This document shows, one piece after another, positions 9,527-19,009 of a stretch of 34,742 bases of DNA. The notes below the pieces were generated by a model that did no database searches, was not told where the DNA came from, and saw only the letters and a list, made by a program, of their open reading frames with translations. A program made the position numbers and the translations under genes. The stretch's first letter is position 1. Each line of letters opens with the position of its first letter. Where the stretch lies: the sequence record SRR2962707_4129. The stretch is one strand, 5' to 3'.

Positions 9527-11773
9527 TTAAGTCGTTAGCTTATGAATATTTACACCAACAGATTTAGAGGCAGGTGTATGGCTTTTTCGTGCGTATAAAT
9601 TCAATGGTACCAATGGATTTGCCTCCGGAAAATAGGTAGCTACGCAACCCTTTGGTATGTCATAAGGAACAACAGCAAAACCGGCTACTTTTCTTTCTAC
9701 TTGGTAATGGTTGGACAGCTCGACAAGGTCTCCTTTTTGAAGACTAAGATTGGTCATATCTTCTTCATTCATGAAAACGACATTTCTACCACCGAAGATT
9801 CCTCGATATCTATCATCCATTCCGTAAACGGTCGTATTGAATTGATCATGGCTCCTAATGGTCATCATGATGAAATGGTGATCATCTGGGATTGGCTCAG
9901 CCAATTCATTAATAGTAAACTGTGCCTTTTTAGTAGGCGTGTTAAATACCCCATCACGCGCACCATTAGGCAGCTCAAAACCGTTTTCATTCTTTAGCCG
10001 ATCATTGTAGTTTTCAAACCCATCAATGGCTTGAGCGATTAGATCGCGGATCTTGCCATAATCTTCAACCAAACCACTCCAGTCAATGTCTTCATTTCCT
10101 AATGTTTGTGAAGCAATCGAGGCGACAATAGCTAGTTCACTCATTAACTCGTCAGAAGGAGGGGTGAGTGAGCCAATGGAGCCATGTACAACTCCCATGG
10201 AGTTTTCAACAGTCACCATCTGCTCCTTGCCATTTTGTATATGCTTATCGGTTCGCCCCAGGCAGGGGAGGATTAGAGAAATCTTTCCGGGAGCAAGGTG
10301 AGACCTATTTAGCTTAGTGCTGACATGAACAGTCAATTCGCAATTCTTTAGAGCTTGTTCTGTCAATAAAGTATCGGGAGCAGCAGATAGAAGATTTCCA
10401 CCCATAGCCATAAAGAATTTGGCTTTCTTTTCATGCATGGCTTCAATGGCTTCTACCACGTTATATCCAGGAGAAGCAGGTGGCTCAAACTTGAATACGT
10501 CCTTCAACTTATCTGTCCATGCCTTGGTAGGCCGTTCCCATATCCCCATGGTTCGATCACCCTGTACATTACTATGTCCTCTTACTGGGCATGTGCCGGC
10601 TCCTTTCTTACCTATGCTACCTTTCAGAAGTAGTAGATTTACTATCTCACGGATATTGTCCACTGCGTTGACGTGTTGGGTCAATCCCATGGCCCAGCAA
10701 GCGATGATCTTGGTATTAGACGAGAGCCATTCAGCACTTAACCTGACATCTGATTCCGCTAATCCCGTAAGTTCTATTAAATCGCTTAGTGAATGTTTCG
10801 AAAGATCTCTCTTCAATTCCTCTAAGCCTGCTGTTTTGTCAGAGATAAAGGAATGGTCAAGTGAATCTTCGTTTTCAAGCAAGAGCTTCAACCATGCCTT
10901 TAGCAGAGCTACATCCTGGTTGATTTTGATCTGGAGATATAAATCTGCAATATCAGTTCCTTTGCTCACCCATCCATTGATCTTCTGAGGATTTTTGAAT
11001 TTCAGCAGGGCCACCTCTTTCAAAGGATTGATCACTATGATTTTGGTACCATTCCGCTTTGCCTTTTCAAGCGAATTCAACATTCTTGGGTGGTTGGTAC
11101 CTGGGTTTTGACCAAAAATGAGAATCACTTCTGCATGTTCAAAATCTTCCAGTTGAACGGATCCTTTGCCAATTCCTACCGTTTCGCTTAAACCCACGCC
11201 ACTGGATTCATGGCACATGTTCGAGCAGTCGGGGAGATTATTGGTCCCGAACTTTCTTACAAACAGCTGATAAAGAAAGGCTGCTTCATTGCTTGTTCTA
11301 CCCGAGGTGTAGAAAATGGCTTCATCAGGATGTCCGATTTTTGAGAGGTAGTCTCCAATAAGTTCGAAAGCTTCTTCCCATTTGATAGGTTGATACCTGG
11401 GATTTCCATCAAGATTGATCATGGGCTGGGTCAGACGTCCCTGTTTGCCTAGCCAATAGTCACTTCTCTTGCGAAGAGAATCGATGGAGTGCTGCTTGAA
11501 GAATGCTTCATTGCAATGCTTGTGCTGAGCTTCTTCAGCTATGGCCTTAACACCATTTTCGCAGAATTCGCCAAGTTTAGATCGTTTTTCAGGATCTGGC
11601 CAGGCGCAACCGGGACAATCTATTCCCTTCTTTTGATTCAGTTTGCGCAACAACTTAAGAGCCTTCCATGGTGGCATAGACTTAAGGATCATCCTGCTCG
11701 CATTCAGTACGGAAGTGGGGCCGACGGAAACCTTTGGAGGGTTTTTAACGCGAAGATGATGATGATCAGACAT
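9527..11773 (-). CDS. FdhF/YdeP-family molybdopterin oxidoreductase
   Basis: DCPGCAWPD, EFCENGVKA, FYTSGRTSNEAAFLYQ, NNLPDCSNMCHESSG, RGHSNVQGDRTMG, RSHDQFNTTVYG; start taken at ATG 11773 (11791 possible). Confidence 0.92.
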   Translation of the reverse strand: MSDHHHLRVKNPPKVSVGPTSVLNASRMILKSMPPWKALKLLRKLNQKKGIDCPGCAWPDPEKRSKLGEFCENGVKAIAEEAQHKHCNEAFFKQHSIDSLRKRSDYWLGKQGRLTQPMINLDGNPRYQPIKWEEAFELIGDYLSKIGHPDEAIFYTSGRTSNEAAFLYQLFVRKFGTNNLPDCSNMCHESSGVGLSETVGIGKGSVQLEDFEHAEVILIFGQNPGTNHPRMLNSLEKAKRNGTKIIVINPLKEVALLKFKNPQKINGWVSKGTDIADLYLQIKINQDVALLKAWLKLLLENEDSLDHSFISDKTAGLEELKRDLSKHSLSDLIELTGLAESDVRLSAEWLSSNTKIIACWAMGLTQHVNAVDNIREIVNLLLLKGSIGKKGAGTCPVRGHSNVQGDRTMGIWERPTKAWTDKLKDVFKFEPPASPGYNVVEAIEAMHEKKAKFFMAMGGNLLSAAPDTLLTEQALKNCELTVHVSTKLNRSHLAPGKISLILPCLGRTDKHIQNGKEQMVTVENSMGVVHGSIGSLTPPSDELMSELAIVASIASQTLGNEDIDWSGLVEDYGKIRDLIAQAIDGFENYNDRLKNENGFELPNGARDGVFNTPTKKAQFTINELAEPIPDDHHFIMMTIRSHDQFNTTVYGMDDRYRGIFGGRNVVFMNEEDMTNLSLQKGDLVELSNHYQVERKVAGFAVVPYDIPKGCVATYFPEANPLVPLNLYARKSHTPASKSVGVNIHKLTT

Positions 11774-11842
11774 GCCTCTAAAGATAGGCACGCTTATTCA
11801 ATTTGAGATTAGAATCTGATATTCTGGTAGAAACTCTTGAGC

Positions 11843-12226
11843 CTATTTCTGTAGATCCGGAACCAATTCAATAAATGTGAATGGAAGGTCAAGAAGATCG
11901 CTATAATCCTCTCCAGCTTCCATCATGTCCTCATCATACTGATCATAGTACCATCTTACGATTACTTTGGTGCCATTCTTCTCCAGGCTCTTGATCTCTT
12001 TTAGCAAGTCGTAAATACATTTAGAAGAACTGGTGTTGAAGTATTCCATTTTAATACGCACATCCAGCTTATCAGACTGGCTAGTGGAAAGGGCATATCT
12101 AACGGGTTCGTAAAACCTCAGCGAATTTTCAGGGCTTGATCTACCGTACATTTTGAATACTCCTTTTGATGGGTCTAGAAGTACGGCTGGTGTGTTTATG
12201 GTTGGTCGAATCTTGATAGCTTCCAT
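11843..12226 (-). CDS. SiaC-family (DUF1987) phosphoprotein
   Basis: T..TP, GRSSPEN...FY.P, EYFNTSSSK (phospho-Thr motif), WYY...DEDMMEAGEDY. Confidence 0.87.
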   Translation of the reverse strand: MEAIKIRPTINTPAVLLDPSKGVFKMYGRSSPENSLRFYEPVRYALSTSQSDKLDVRIKMEYFNTSSSKCIYDLLKEIKSLEKNGTKVIVRWYYDQYDEDMMEAGEDYSDLLDLPFTFIELVPDLQK

Positions 12227-12451
12227 GTTCTAAAATGGCTTTACCTCAAAGTAACCACACCTTCTGTAAACAAATGAATTATTTAGGTGAAGCCCCTGTA
12301 TTTTACGTTCAACATTGTGTCTACATTGATGAAAAATCTAGGCATTTTGCTGAGATAATAAAGTGATCTGCGATCATGTTAGAAAGACACAATTTTATCT
12401 TGTAAAAGTATCAATGGATTTCGCTTGACATCAGGATGTAAAGAGGGGGGA

Positions 12452-13051
12452 TTACAGTAAAACTGTAATAAGCTTGGTTATGTAGTCGTCACTCATGTTG
12501 TGGAACTGACCAAAAACATAGTTGTTAATAGCAGCATTGCTGGACGAGAAGTACTCTTTTATAGCATCATACATTTCAGGTTTGCTCAGCTTGCCATCTT
12601 TGTTGATGTCGAGTTGTTTAAATGCGAAAATGATGTTGCCTCTATCCAAACCCAGTATTTGATAAAGCGTTTCGAATTCGTCAAAGTCAATGAAGCCATC
12701 TTTGTTATGGTCGCAAAGGTCAAATAGGAAGCGGACGGCTGAAGCAGAGAACCATCGTACGAAATAGGACTGCTTCTTGCGTTCATTGGATTTCTTAATT
12801 ATTCTCACCCATTCCAATAAACTGATCTTTCGCTCCTTGCCAGTGCCAGCCTCGATCAGCAACCGGTCAAAATTCTTGAGCGTAACATACCTTAAGTACT
12901 TCGCATCAGTTTCGCTGAATAGTCCTTTTCTTACATTGATCAGCCGGCTGAGTAATTCATCAAAATCAGCTGGTTCCAGAACACCATCTTTATTGGCATC
13001 AAGAACATAAAAAAAGAATATCCACTTACGTATAGTGTCTTCGAGTTGCAC
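12452..13051 (-). CDS. EF-hand calcium-binding protein (calerythrin/sarcoplasmic Ca-binding protein-like)
   Basis: Loops DANKDGVLEPAD, DHNKDGFIDFDE, DINKDGKLSKPE plus a degenerate second loop (GTGKERKISLLE); GTG start. Confidence 0.85.
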   Translation of the reverse strand: MQLEDTIRKWIFFFYVLDANKDGVLEPADFDELLSRLINVRKGLFSETDAKYLRYVTLKNFDRLLIEAGTGKERKISLLEWVRIIKKSNERKKQSYFVRWFSASAVRFLFDLCDHNKDGFIDFDEFETLYQILGLDRGNIIFAFKQLDINKDGKLSKPEMYDAIKEYFSSSNAAINNYVFGQFHNMSDDYITKLITVLL

Positions 13052-13144
13052 AGTTTCAGGCGATCAAACATCTAATCTATCAAAGTCTGAGCAGACTTGA
13101 TTCAATATTAGGAAAATAATAGAGCTTGAGATTAGTTTATTGTA

Positions 13145-13657
13145 TCACTCCAGATTTAGATGATGAATGTGCTCATCAATCAGATCTATCCGAGTGGTCA
13201 CATTTACAATGTATTTACTTAGTTCCTTCTCTAGCTTCTCTATTTCATCGTAGTATTTGGAGCCGCTTTCTTGCTTGTATTTTTCACCGATCTCAGTAAA
13301 CTGTTTACACTCTTCGTTTAAGAATTTCTTGAAATTCGGAGTGGTATATTCAGTTTCAACAGTAAGAATGTCCTTTAATGTTTCCTTCGCCTCCTTGTCT
13401 TTGATATTGTCATATTTCTCACTCACGATTTGATAAAGTAAGGTGTCGTAATGATGAATCTTGTCCAGGAGCTCTATCGTTTCCATTCGATAATCCTCGG
13501 AATTGCAGTAATATTTTAAGCCAGAGAACTTCTCCAGGCTCTTAGCACTTTTATCCCATTTGACCGTTAGGTCGTCAATGATTTTTACGATGTTCTCACT
13601 TTGGGCAGATCCTAGAAGTGGAATTACTAATAGTAAGGTGATAATTAGGTTTTTCAT
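13145..13657 (-). CDS. Exported alpha-helical hypothetical protein
   Basis: Start moved to ATG 13657 (MKNLIITLLLVIPLLGSA-Q signal peptide); two Cys; His-rich C-terminus. Confidence 0.75.
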   Translation of the reverse strand: MKNLIITLLLVIPLLGSAQSENIVKIIDDLTVKWDKSAKSLEKFSGLKYYCNSEDYRMETIELLDKIHHYDTLLYQIVSEKYDNIKDKEAKETLKDILTVETEYTTPNFKKFLNEECKQFTEIGEKYKQESGSKYYDEIEKLEKELSKYIVNVTTRIDLIDEHIHHLNLE

Positions 13658-13775
13658 GATATGAATAATTGATGGATTATTAATCAGGTGGTCCGTCAAT
13701 ATACAAATCATTCAAACACGATTATACAATGAATCGACAAGTGATTCATTTTAATCTATGAAGTACTATAGGTAA

Positions 13776-15383
13776 CTATTGATCTAAGGCCGCAACTTTA
13801 AAGCGTTTGGTGAGGTTAATTGGTTCTCCGGAATCAGAAATCCCTCGCACAGATATGACGTAGTTCCCTTCGAGTCGAGATGTAGAAAAATCAAGATTCA
13901 AGATGCCACCATTGTGCTTGCGGATCGGTTCCCAGTAGATTTCAGCATCGTAGTGAGGTAGTTGATTGTCAATAGCCAGACTGAACCCTTTTGAAGAATA
14001 GTTTTGATAATTAGTCAGTGATTTATTAACTCCATTGGAATTGATTTCCAGCTCTTTCCTGCCGAAAGAATGAACTGAGATAACACCTTTATAAACCACA
14101 TCATTAACAAAATAGTAGGCTGGAATGACCTCAATTTTCTCAATGTCATTGGGTGATTGATCCAATATATCTTGAGGAGTCACCTTAATTCCATCTAAGA
14201 GTACAAGCGGTGCCCTTACTGAAGATGGAATAGATAAAGACTCTTCACAACGCACACTCATTTTGTAGTTGTCATCAGACTTGGATACACCCACATATTT
14301 AGTCAATTCAATAAAAGTATCTCTGACAGAAGGATATCGTTCGTATTCATCCAGATAGTAGATTTTGGCATCTGGTCGTGTAAAGGCCATCCGCTGAGTG
14401 AACATATCAACGGGTGGTTTTATGTATGCTCTTTGTATTTGCGACTGGACACTTCTTTCCACCAGTTCATTGGTAATGAGTGAATCGAGTGGGAAATTAC
14501 CGCTGTTCAGAGGTGAATAACTATAGTTGAATTCATCTATTATAGAAATTTGGTAGGCTGAGTCACCATCAATTTCAACCTGTATTTCAGCATTTAGTGA
14601 CGAAAGTTCTGGGTTGTAATTCATCCAGAACCTTCCCTGTTGGTCCGTTTTGGTGGTAGACACTTGCATTGACGAACCTTTGATTGACATATTCACTCTT
14701 GTCTGATCGAGTTTACCAGAGGGTTTACTCACCTGTCCTTGTATGAGCGCATATCTGTACTCTGGCAGGACTTCAAAAGAAGAAAGGTCTTTCTTGCTGT
14801 TCTCTGTCATTACCTCATTGGTATAATGAAGTTGATTTGCCTTATTGATAGAAATAGAAAGGGTAGAAGGATCCACCGATCCAAGATTTAATGAAATCTC
14901 TTGCAGTGAGGTATAAGTTTCAGCAGAATTCCAGGCATCAAATGCTGTATGCAATGGATTACCACTTATCGAATCATTTTGTGTTACACCATTGTATGGA
15001 TTGAAAATAAGAATCGGTTGTGAAAAGTAGGAATTATAGTTCGTCATCCATCTTGTATAGGCGATGAGACGATATGTTCCCGACATCCATTGAGAGTTGA
15101 TGTATAATTCGCCTGAGCCTCTTCCGTCTCTTAAACCAACTTTAGATTGATGAATGGAACGGCCGTTACCGTCAATCAATTCAACATAAACAACGCTACT
15201 TAATTGGCTGATTTTCTTTGTGTCGTTGCTATAGACAAAGACCGAGAAATGCAGGGTTTCACCAACCAGGATGTTAGTGGTATTTGTACTCAGGTATACC
15301 TCTTCCTGATAGTTTTTATTTTGTCCGTTGACATTTATCAAAATCAGAACGAACTGGATGTAAAGTAGTTTTCTTATTCCCAC
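13776..15383 (-). CDS. Exported protein with macroglobulin(MG2)-like N-terminus and TonB plug-like segment
   Basis: EEVYLSTN..VGETLHF, SSVVYVELID, SGTYRLIAYTRWM; PLVLLDG...DIEKIEV; IYWEP C-terminal region; probable GTG start 15383 overlapping the upstream stop (ORF track start 15419). Confidence 0.7.
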   Translation of the reverse strand: MGIRKLLYIQFVLILINVNGQNKNYQEEVYLSTNTTNILVGETLHFSVFVYSNDTKKISQLSSVVYVELIDGNGRSIHQSKVGLRDGRGSGELYINSQWMSGTYRLIAYTRWMTNYNSYFSQPILIFNPYNGVTQNDSISGNPLHTAFDAWNSAETYTSLQEISLNLGSVDPSTLSISINKANQLHYTNEVMTENSKKDLSSFEVLPEYRYALIQGQVSKPSGKLDQTRVNMSIKGSSMQVSTTKTDQQGRFWMNYNPELSSLNAEIQVEIDGDSAYQISIIDEFNYSYSPLNSGNFPLDSLITNELVERSVQSQIQRAYIKPPVDMFTQRMAFTRPDAKIYYLDEYERYPSVRDTFIELTKYVGVSKSDDNYKMSVRCEESLSIPSSVRAPLVLLDGIKVTPQDILDQSPNDIEKIEVIPAYYFVNDVVYKGVISVHSFGRKELEINSNGVNKSLTNYQNYSSKGFSLAIDNQLPHYDAEIYWEPIRKHNGGILNLDFSTSRLEGNYVISVRGISDSGEPINLTKRFKVAALDQ

Positions 15384-16558
15384 GATGCAGGTTTTTCTAA
15401 AGTTCCATAATTTGAGCAATCACTACAGATTTCAGGTACAAGGATTATGTCTTGTGGATAAGTTGTGCCCGGAACCGGATACTCCTTATCTACCCAGAAA
15501 TCATAAATTAGTCTTTCATCGAAATCATACGTACCACTAAGGATTTCAATGGTCATAATAGTATCTAACAATCCTGCACAGTAATCAAAAGTTATTGGGG
15601 GATTGTAGCCATCATCTTCCCAGGTACCTTCATCAAATATCTTAAGGTCTTCAGATATCCCTGTCACCTCAAAGTATCCAAGTACGGGCTCAGAGGGGTT
15701 ATTAAGGTTCTGAATGTTACCATTAAGCGATCCTTTTTGTCTGTCAAAGAATGAGCCTGCAGACTCATTGTTTTCTTCAAGATCTTTATAGTATTGATAA
15801 GCGGCCGATGAAATCCTGTATGACTTAACCTTGAGCGAGTACTTGCCAATCAGCTTAGTTTCCTCCTCCGATACGTAATTAATGGGGAATTCGCGGAGAT
15901 CTCCGGTGATCTGACCACTTGTGGTAGCTATCATTAATGTTTGAGATTGATCCTTGAGATAGCATTTCCTTATAGAGTTGTCTCTTTTGTCAATTGTATT
16001 GGTTAATGCATTATAGATATAGAGTGACTCGTATGGCACAGACACTTCATAATCTTCTTCGTATTGGAAACGAAAATTCTGATTTTGATCATCTATAGCT
16101 TCAATATCCACTAAGAACTGAACACCTTCATCAAAACCGTCTTCTGTTTCTGATCGAAGGCGAAGAAATCTACCATAGATGTTCGATATGTTAGCCGGAG
16201 GTAGCAGTTCTTCCTCTGAAGATTGATATTGACTGCCTTCCTGAGTCTCTATTTGAAGTTGATATTTTCTACCCACTATTCCCGCAAATGGTGGGTTGGG
16301 CTGGTAAAGTCCATTACCCACATCATGAAAAACTTCACGGTTGCCGTTATCATCCGAAACTACTACACTGGCACCACTTACTACCTCAGGATCTGATCCA
16401 TTCAGGGCATAGGAGTAGGTAAGACGAACAAATTGCTCATTTGGAAGATTGGAAACCAGGGCTTCAATGACCAAGGCTTTCCGAGTGTCTACCACTTCCA
16501 AATTGTAGGGTTCAATACATGAACCAAAAATTAGCAGTATAAGTATGTATTTCTTCAA
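15374..16558 (-). CDS. DUF4249-family outer-membrane lipoprotein (copy 4)
   Basis: Lipobox FGSC-IEP, LVIEAL, YQYYKDL...GSFFD, GNI.N...EPVLGYFEV, CSDC..YG...KP..W; TTG start. Confidence 0.85.
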   Translation of the reverse strand: MKKYILILLIFGSCIEPYNLEVVDTRKALVIEALVSNLPNEQFVRLTYSYALNGSDPEVVSGASVVVSDDNGNREVFHDVGNGLYQPNPPFAGIVGRKYQLQIETQEGSQYQSSEEELLPPANISNIYGRFLRLRSETEDGFDEGVQFLVDIEAIDDQNQNFRFQYEEDYEVSVPYESLYIYNALTNTIDKRDNSIRKCYLKDQSQTLMIATTSGQITGDLREFPINYVSEEETKLIGKYSLKVKSYRISSAAYQYYKDLEENNESAGSFFDRQKGSLNGNIQNLNNPSEPVLGYFEVTGISEDLKIFDEGTWEDDGYNPPITFDYCAGLLDTIMTIEILSGTYDFDERLIYDFWVDKEYPVPGTTYPQDIILVPEICSDCSNYGTLEKPASWE

Positions 16559-16597
16559 ATTCTAAAACTTTCAGATTCCAAAATCTTAGTAATGTTA

Positions 16598-17779
16598 TCA
16601 ATCCCAAAACGCTGGTTTTTCCAGTGTTCCATAGATTCTACAGTCGCTACAAATTTCATGGATAAGCATGATATTTGGTGGGTAGAAAGTCCCTGGGACT
16701 GCCTCCCCACCAACGATAAAATCGTGAATCAAATTATCTTCAAAATCATAGTTCCCGGAGAGAATTTCAATAGTTGGTACAGGTACTTCAAGATCCTTAC
16801 AAAACAAAAATATTTTACTTGGTTTGTAGCCGTCATTCGTCCAGATACCTTCATCAAAAAATATGTATTTCTCAGATATTCCTGAAACTTCAAAATATCC
16901 AGCCACTATATCAGAAGGGTCATCAATATTTGAAATATTTCCTATAATGGTACCTTTTTGGCGATCAAAAAATGATCCGGAAGATTCATTATTCTCCTTG
17001 AGGTCTTTATAGTACTGATATGCGGAGGACGAAATTCTGTATGATTTTACCAACATGGAATACTTGCCAATTAAATGTGGTTCACTTTCAGTAATGTATC
17101 GCAACGGGAATTCAGATAGGTTGCTGTTTATCTGCCCACTGGTAGATGTGATAATCAATTCATTAGATCGATCCTGCAGGTAGCATCTCCTTAAGGATTG
17201 CTGACGATAATCAATGGTTAGAGTGGTGGGATTAAAAACGTATATTGATTCATATGGAACGGTAAGCTGATAATTTTCTTCATATTGGAATCTATAGTTG
17301 TGATTTTCTTCACTGACTCCAGTGATATCTATTAGAAACTGAACACCTGTTTCAAATCCGCCACTTGTGTCTGATCGAAGCTCAAGATATCGCCCATACA
17401 CATCTGTAATGTCAGGTGTTTCCAACAGCGTTTCGCGTTCTGATTGATAGTACGTACCATCTTTTGTTTCTATGGTTAATTGGTAGTTTCTTCCTGAAAT
17501 TCCAATAAACGGATCAATAGGTTCATAAACACCATCATCTACCTCATTGAATGTGGTGACATTTCCGAGATTATCGGTTACCAGAACACATGCACCAGTC
17601 GCTGGTTCCGGAACGGAATCATCAAACGAATAGGAGTATTCCAATTTCACATATTGTTCTTCAGAAAGATTGGTGACAAGGGCATCTACGACTAATACTT
17701 TTCTAGTATCAACCACCTGTAATTCATAAGGTTCAATACAGCTAACTGAAAAGAATAATATGATGATATACTTTTTCAA
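16598..17779 (-). CDS. DUF4249-family outer-membrane lipoprotein (copy 3)
   Basis: Lipobox SVSC-IEP and the same conserved blocks; TTG start. Confidence 0.85.
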   Translation of the reverse strand: MKKYIIILFFSVSCIEPYELQVVDTRKVLVVDALVTNLSEEQYVKLEYSYSFDDSVPEPATGACVLVTDNLGNVTTFNEVDDGVYEPIDPFIGISGRNYQLTIETKDGTYYQSERETLLETPDITDVYGRYLELRSDTSGGFETGVQFLIDITGVSEENHNYRFQYEENYQLTVPYESIYVFNPTTLTIDYRQQSLRRCYLQDRSNELIITSTSGQINSNLSEFPLRYITESEPHLIGKYSMLVKSYRISSSAYQYYKDLKENNESSGSFFDRQKGTIIGNISNIDDPSDIVAGYFEVSGISEKYIFFDEGIWTNDGYKPSKIFLFCKDLEVPVPTIEILSGNYDFEDNLIHDFIVGGEAVPGTFYPPNIMLIHEICSDCRIYGTLEKPAFWD

Positions 17780-17819
17780 ATCTTATTTTGCTTTGTCGGT
17801 ATATGTATCATCGAACCTC

Positions 17820-19001
17820 TCATTCCCAATAACCTGGTTTCTCTAAATTCCCATAAATCCTACAATCACTACATTCAGCTGGCGCCAATACAATGGTATC
17901 ATCGTATGGTGTACCTGGGAGCAATGGTCCCGTAAAATCGAATGTATAAATAAGACGGCCATCAAAATCAAAGTTTCCAGCCAGAATATCTGCAGTCAAA
18001 ACAGTATCCAACATTCTTTTACAATTAGGTAGAAAGTCTTCTGGTCGGTATCCGTCATCTGCCCATGATCTTTTTTTGAATATTTTGTAATCTTCATAGA
18101 CACTGGCTACTTCAAAGAATCCAAGTACTGGCTCGCTCTGATCGTTCACATTTCTTACATTACCTATTAATGCTCCCTTTTGCTTGTCGAAGAATGAGCC
18201 CGCAGATTCATTGTTTTCCTCTATGTCTTTGTAATATTGATAAGCTCCGGAGGATATTCGATAAGCCTTTACAACTAGTGAATATTGACCGATTAGATTA
18301 GGCTGTTCTTTAGGGATAAACACAACGGGTAGCTCACTCAGGTCACTATTGATTTGACCACTTGAGGTAGCAATGAGAAGACCATTCGACTTGATATTTG
18401 CATAACATTTCCTAAGTGAGATTGGCCTCCGGTCTATGGCGCCTGTTTCATAATTATATTCATAACGAGAATCATAAGCTACCACAACTTCATAATCTTC
18501 TTCATATTCGATTCGATAGTGATGACCTTCTTCGGTAGCCCCAGAGATGTCTGCAAAAAATCGCACACCTTCATCGAATCCTTCACTTGTTTCAGATCTA
18601 AGTGATTGAAAATTGCCATACACATTGATCCTGGTAGCAGGTGCTAAAAGTGTTTCTTCTTCTGATTCATATTGCTTACCGTCTGGTGTTTGAATAGAAA
18701 GCTGATAGGTTCTGCCAATTTCACCAGAAAAAGAAATATATGGTTTATAAAGCCCAGAGCTAACTTCTTGAAGCTCCACACTGTTTCCATTTTCATCACT
18801 GATGATAACCTGAGCTCCGGAAACCATCTCGGGATAACTGTCCTTTAATGGATAGGAGTAGGATAGCTGAACGAACTGCATATCAGGCTCATTTGTTAGT
18901 AGCGCTTCTACTACCAATACTTTTTTCGTTTCCAGTTCTTCAGGTTCGTATGGCTGAATACAAGCAGATAATAAAATGAGTATGGTTAAGTATTTATTCA
19001 T
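17820..19001 (-). CDS. DUF4249-family outer-membrane lipoprotein (copy 2)
   Basis: Start moved to ATG 19001 (MNKYLTILILLSAC-IQP); same conserved blocks. Confidence 0.85.
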   Translation of the reverse strand: MNKYLTILILLSACIQPYEPEELETKKVLVVEALLTNEPDMQFVQLSYSYPLKDSYPEMVSGAQVIISDENGNSVELQEVSSGLYKPYISFSGEIGRTYQLSIQTPDGKQYESEEETLLAPATRINVYGNFQSLRSETSEGFDEGVRFFADISGATEEGHHYRIEYEEDYEVVVAYDSRYEYNYETGAIDRRPISLRKCYANIKSNGLLIATSSGQINSDLSELPVVFIPKEQPNLIGQYSLVVKAYRISSGAYQYYKDIEENNESAGSFFDKQKGALIGNVRNVNDQSEPVLGFFEVASVYEDYKIFKKRSWADDGYRPEDFLPNCKRMLDTVLTADILAGNFDFDGRLIYTFDFTGPLLPGTPYDDTIVLAPAECSDCRIYGNLEKPGYWE

Positions 19002-19009
19002 TCTCTGAT

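Noticed and set aside
12270-12335. Scattered ATGAA/GTGAA motifs upstream of siaC suggesting a LytTR-type site
   Set aside because: Short, irregularly spaced and expected by chance in AT-rich DNA
13083-13098. Inverted repeat AAGTCTG-AG-CAGACTT upstream of the EF-hand gene
   Set aside because: Single short occurrence, no U-tract; cannot assign as terminator or operator
13728-13750. Inverted repeat AATGAATC-N7-GATTCATT after the transporter operon
   Set aside because: AT-rich weak stem without a clear U-tract on the minus strand; terminator call unsupported
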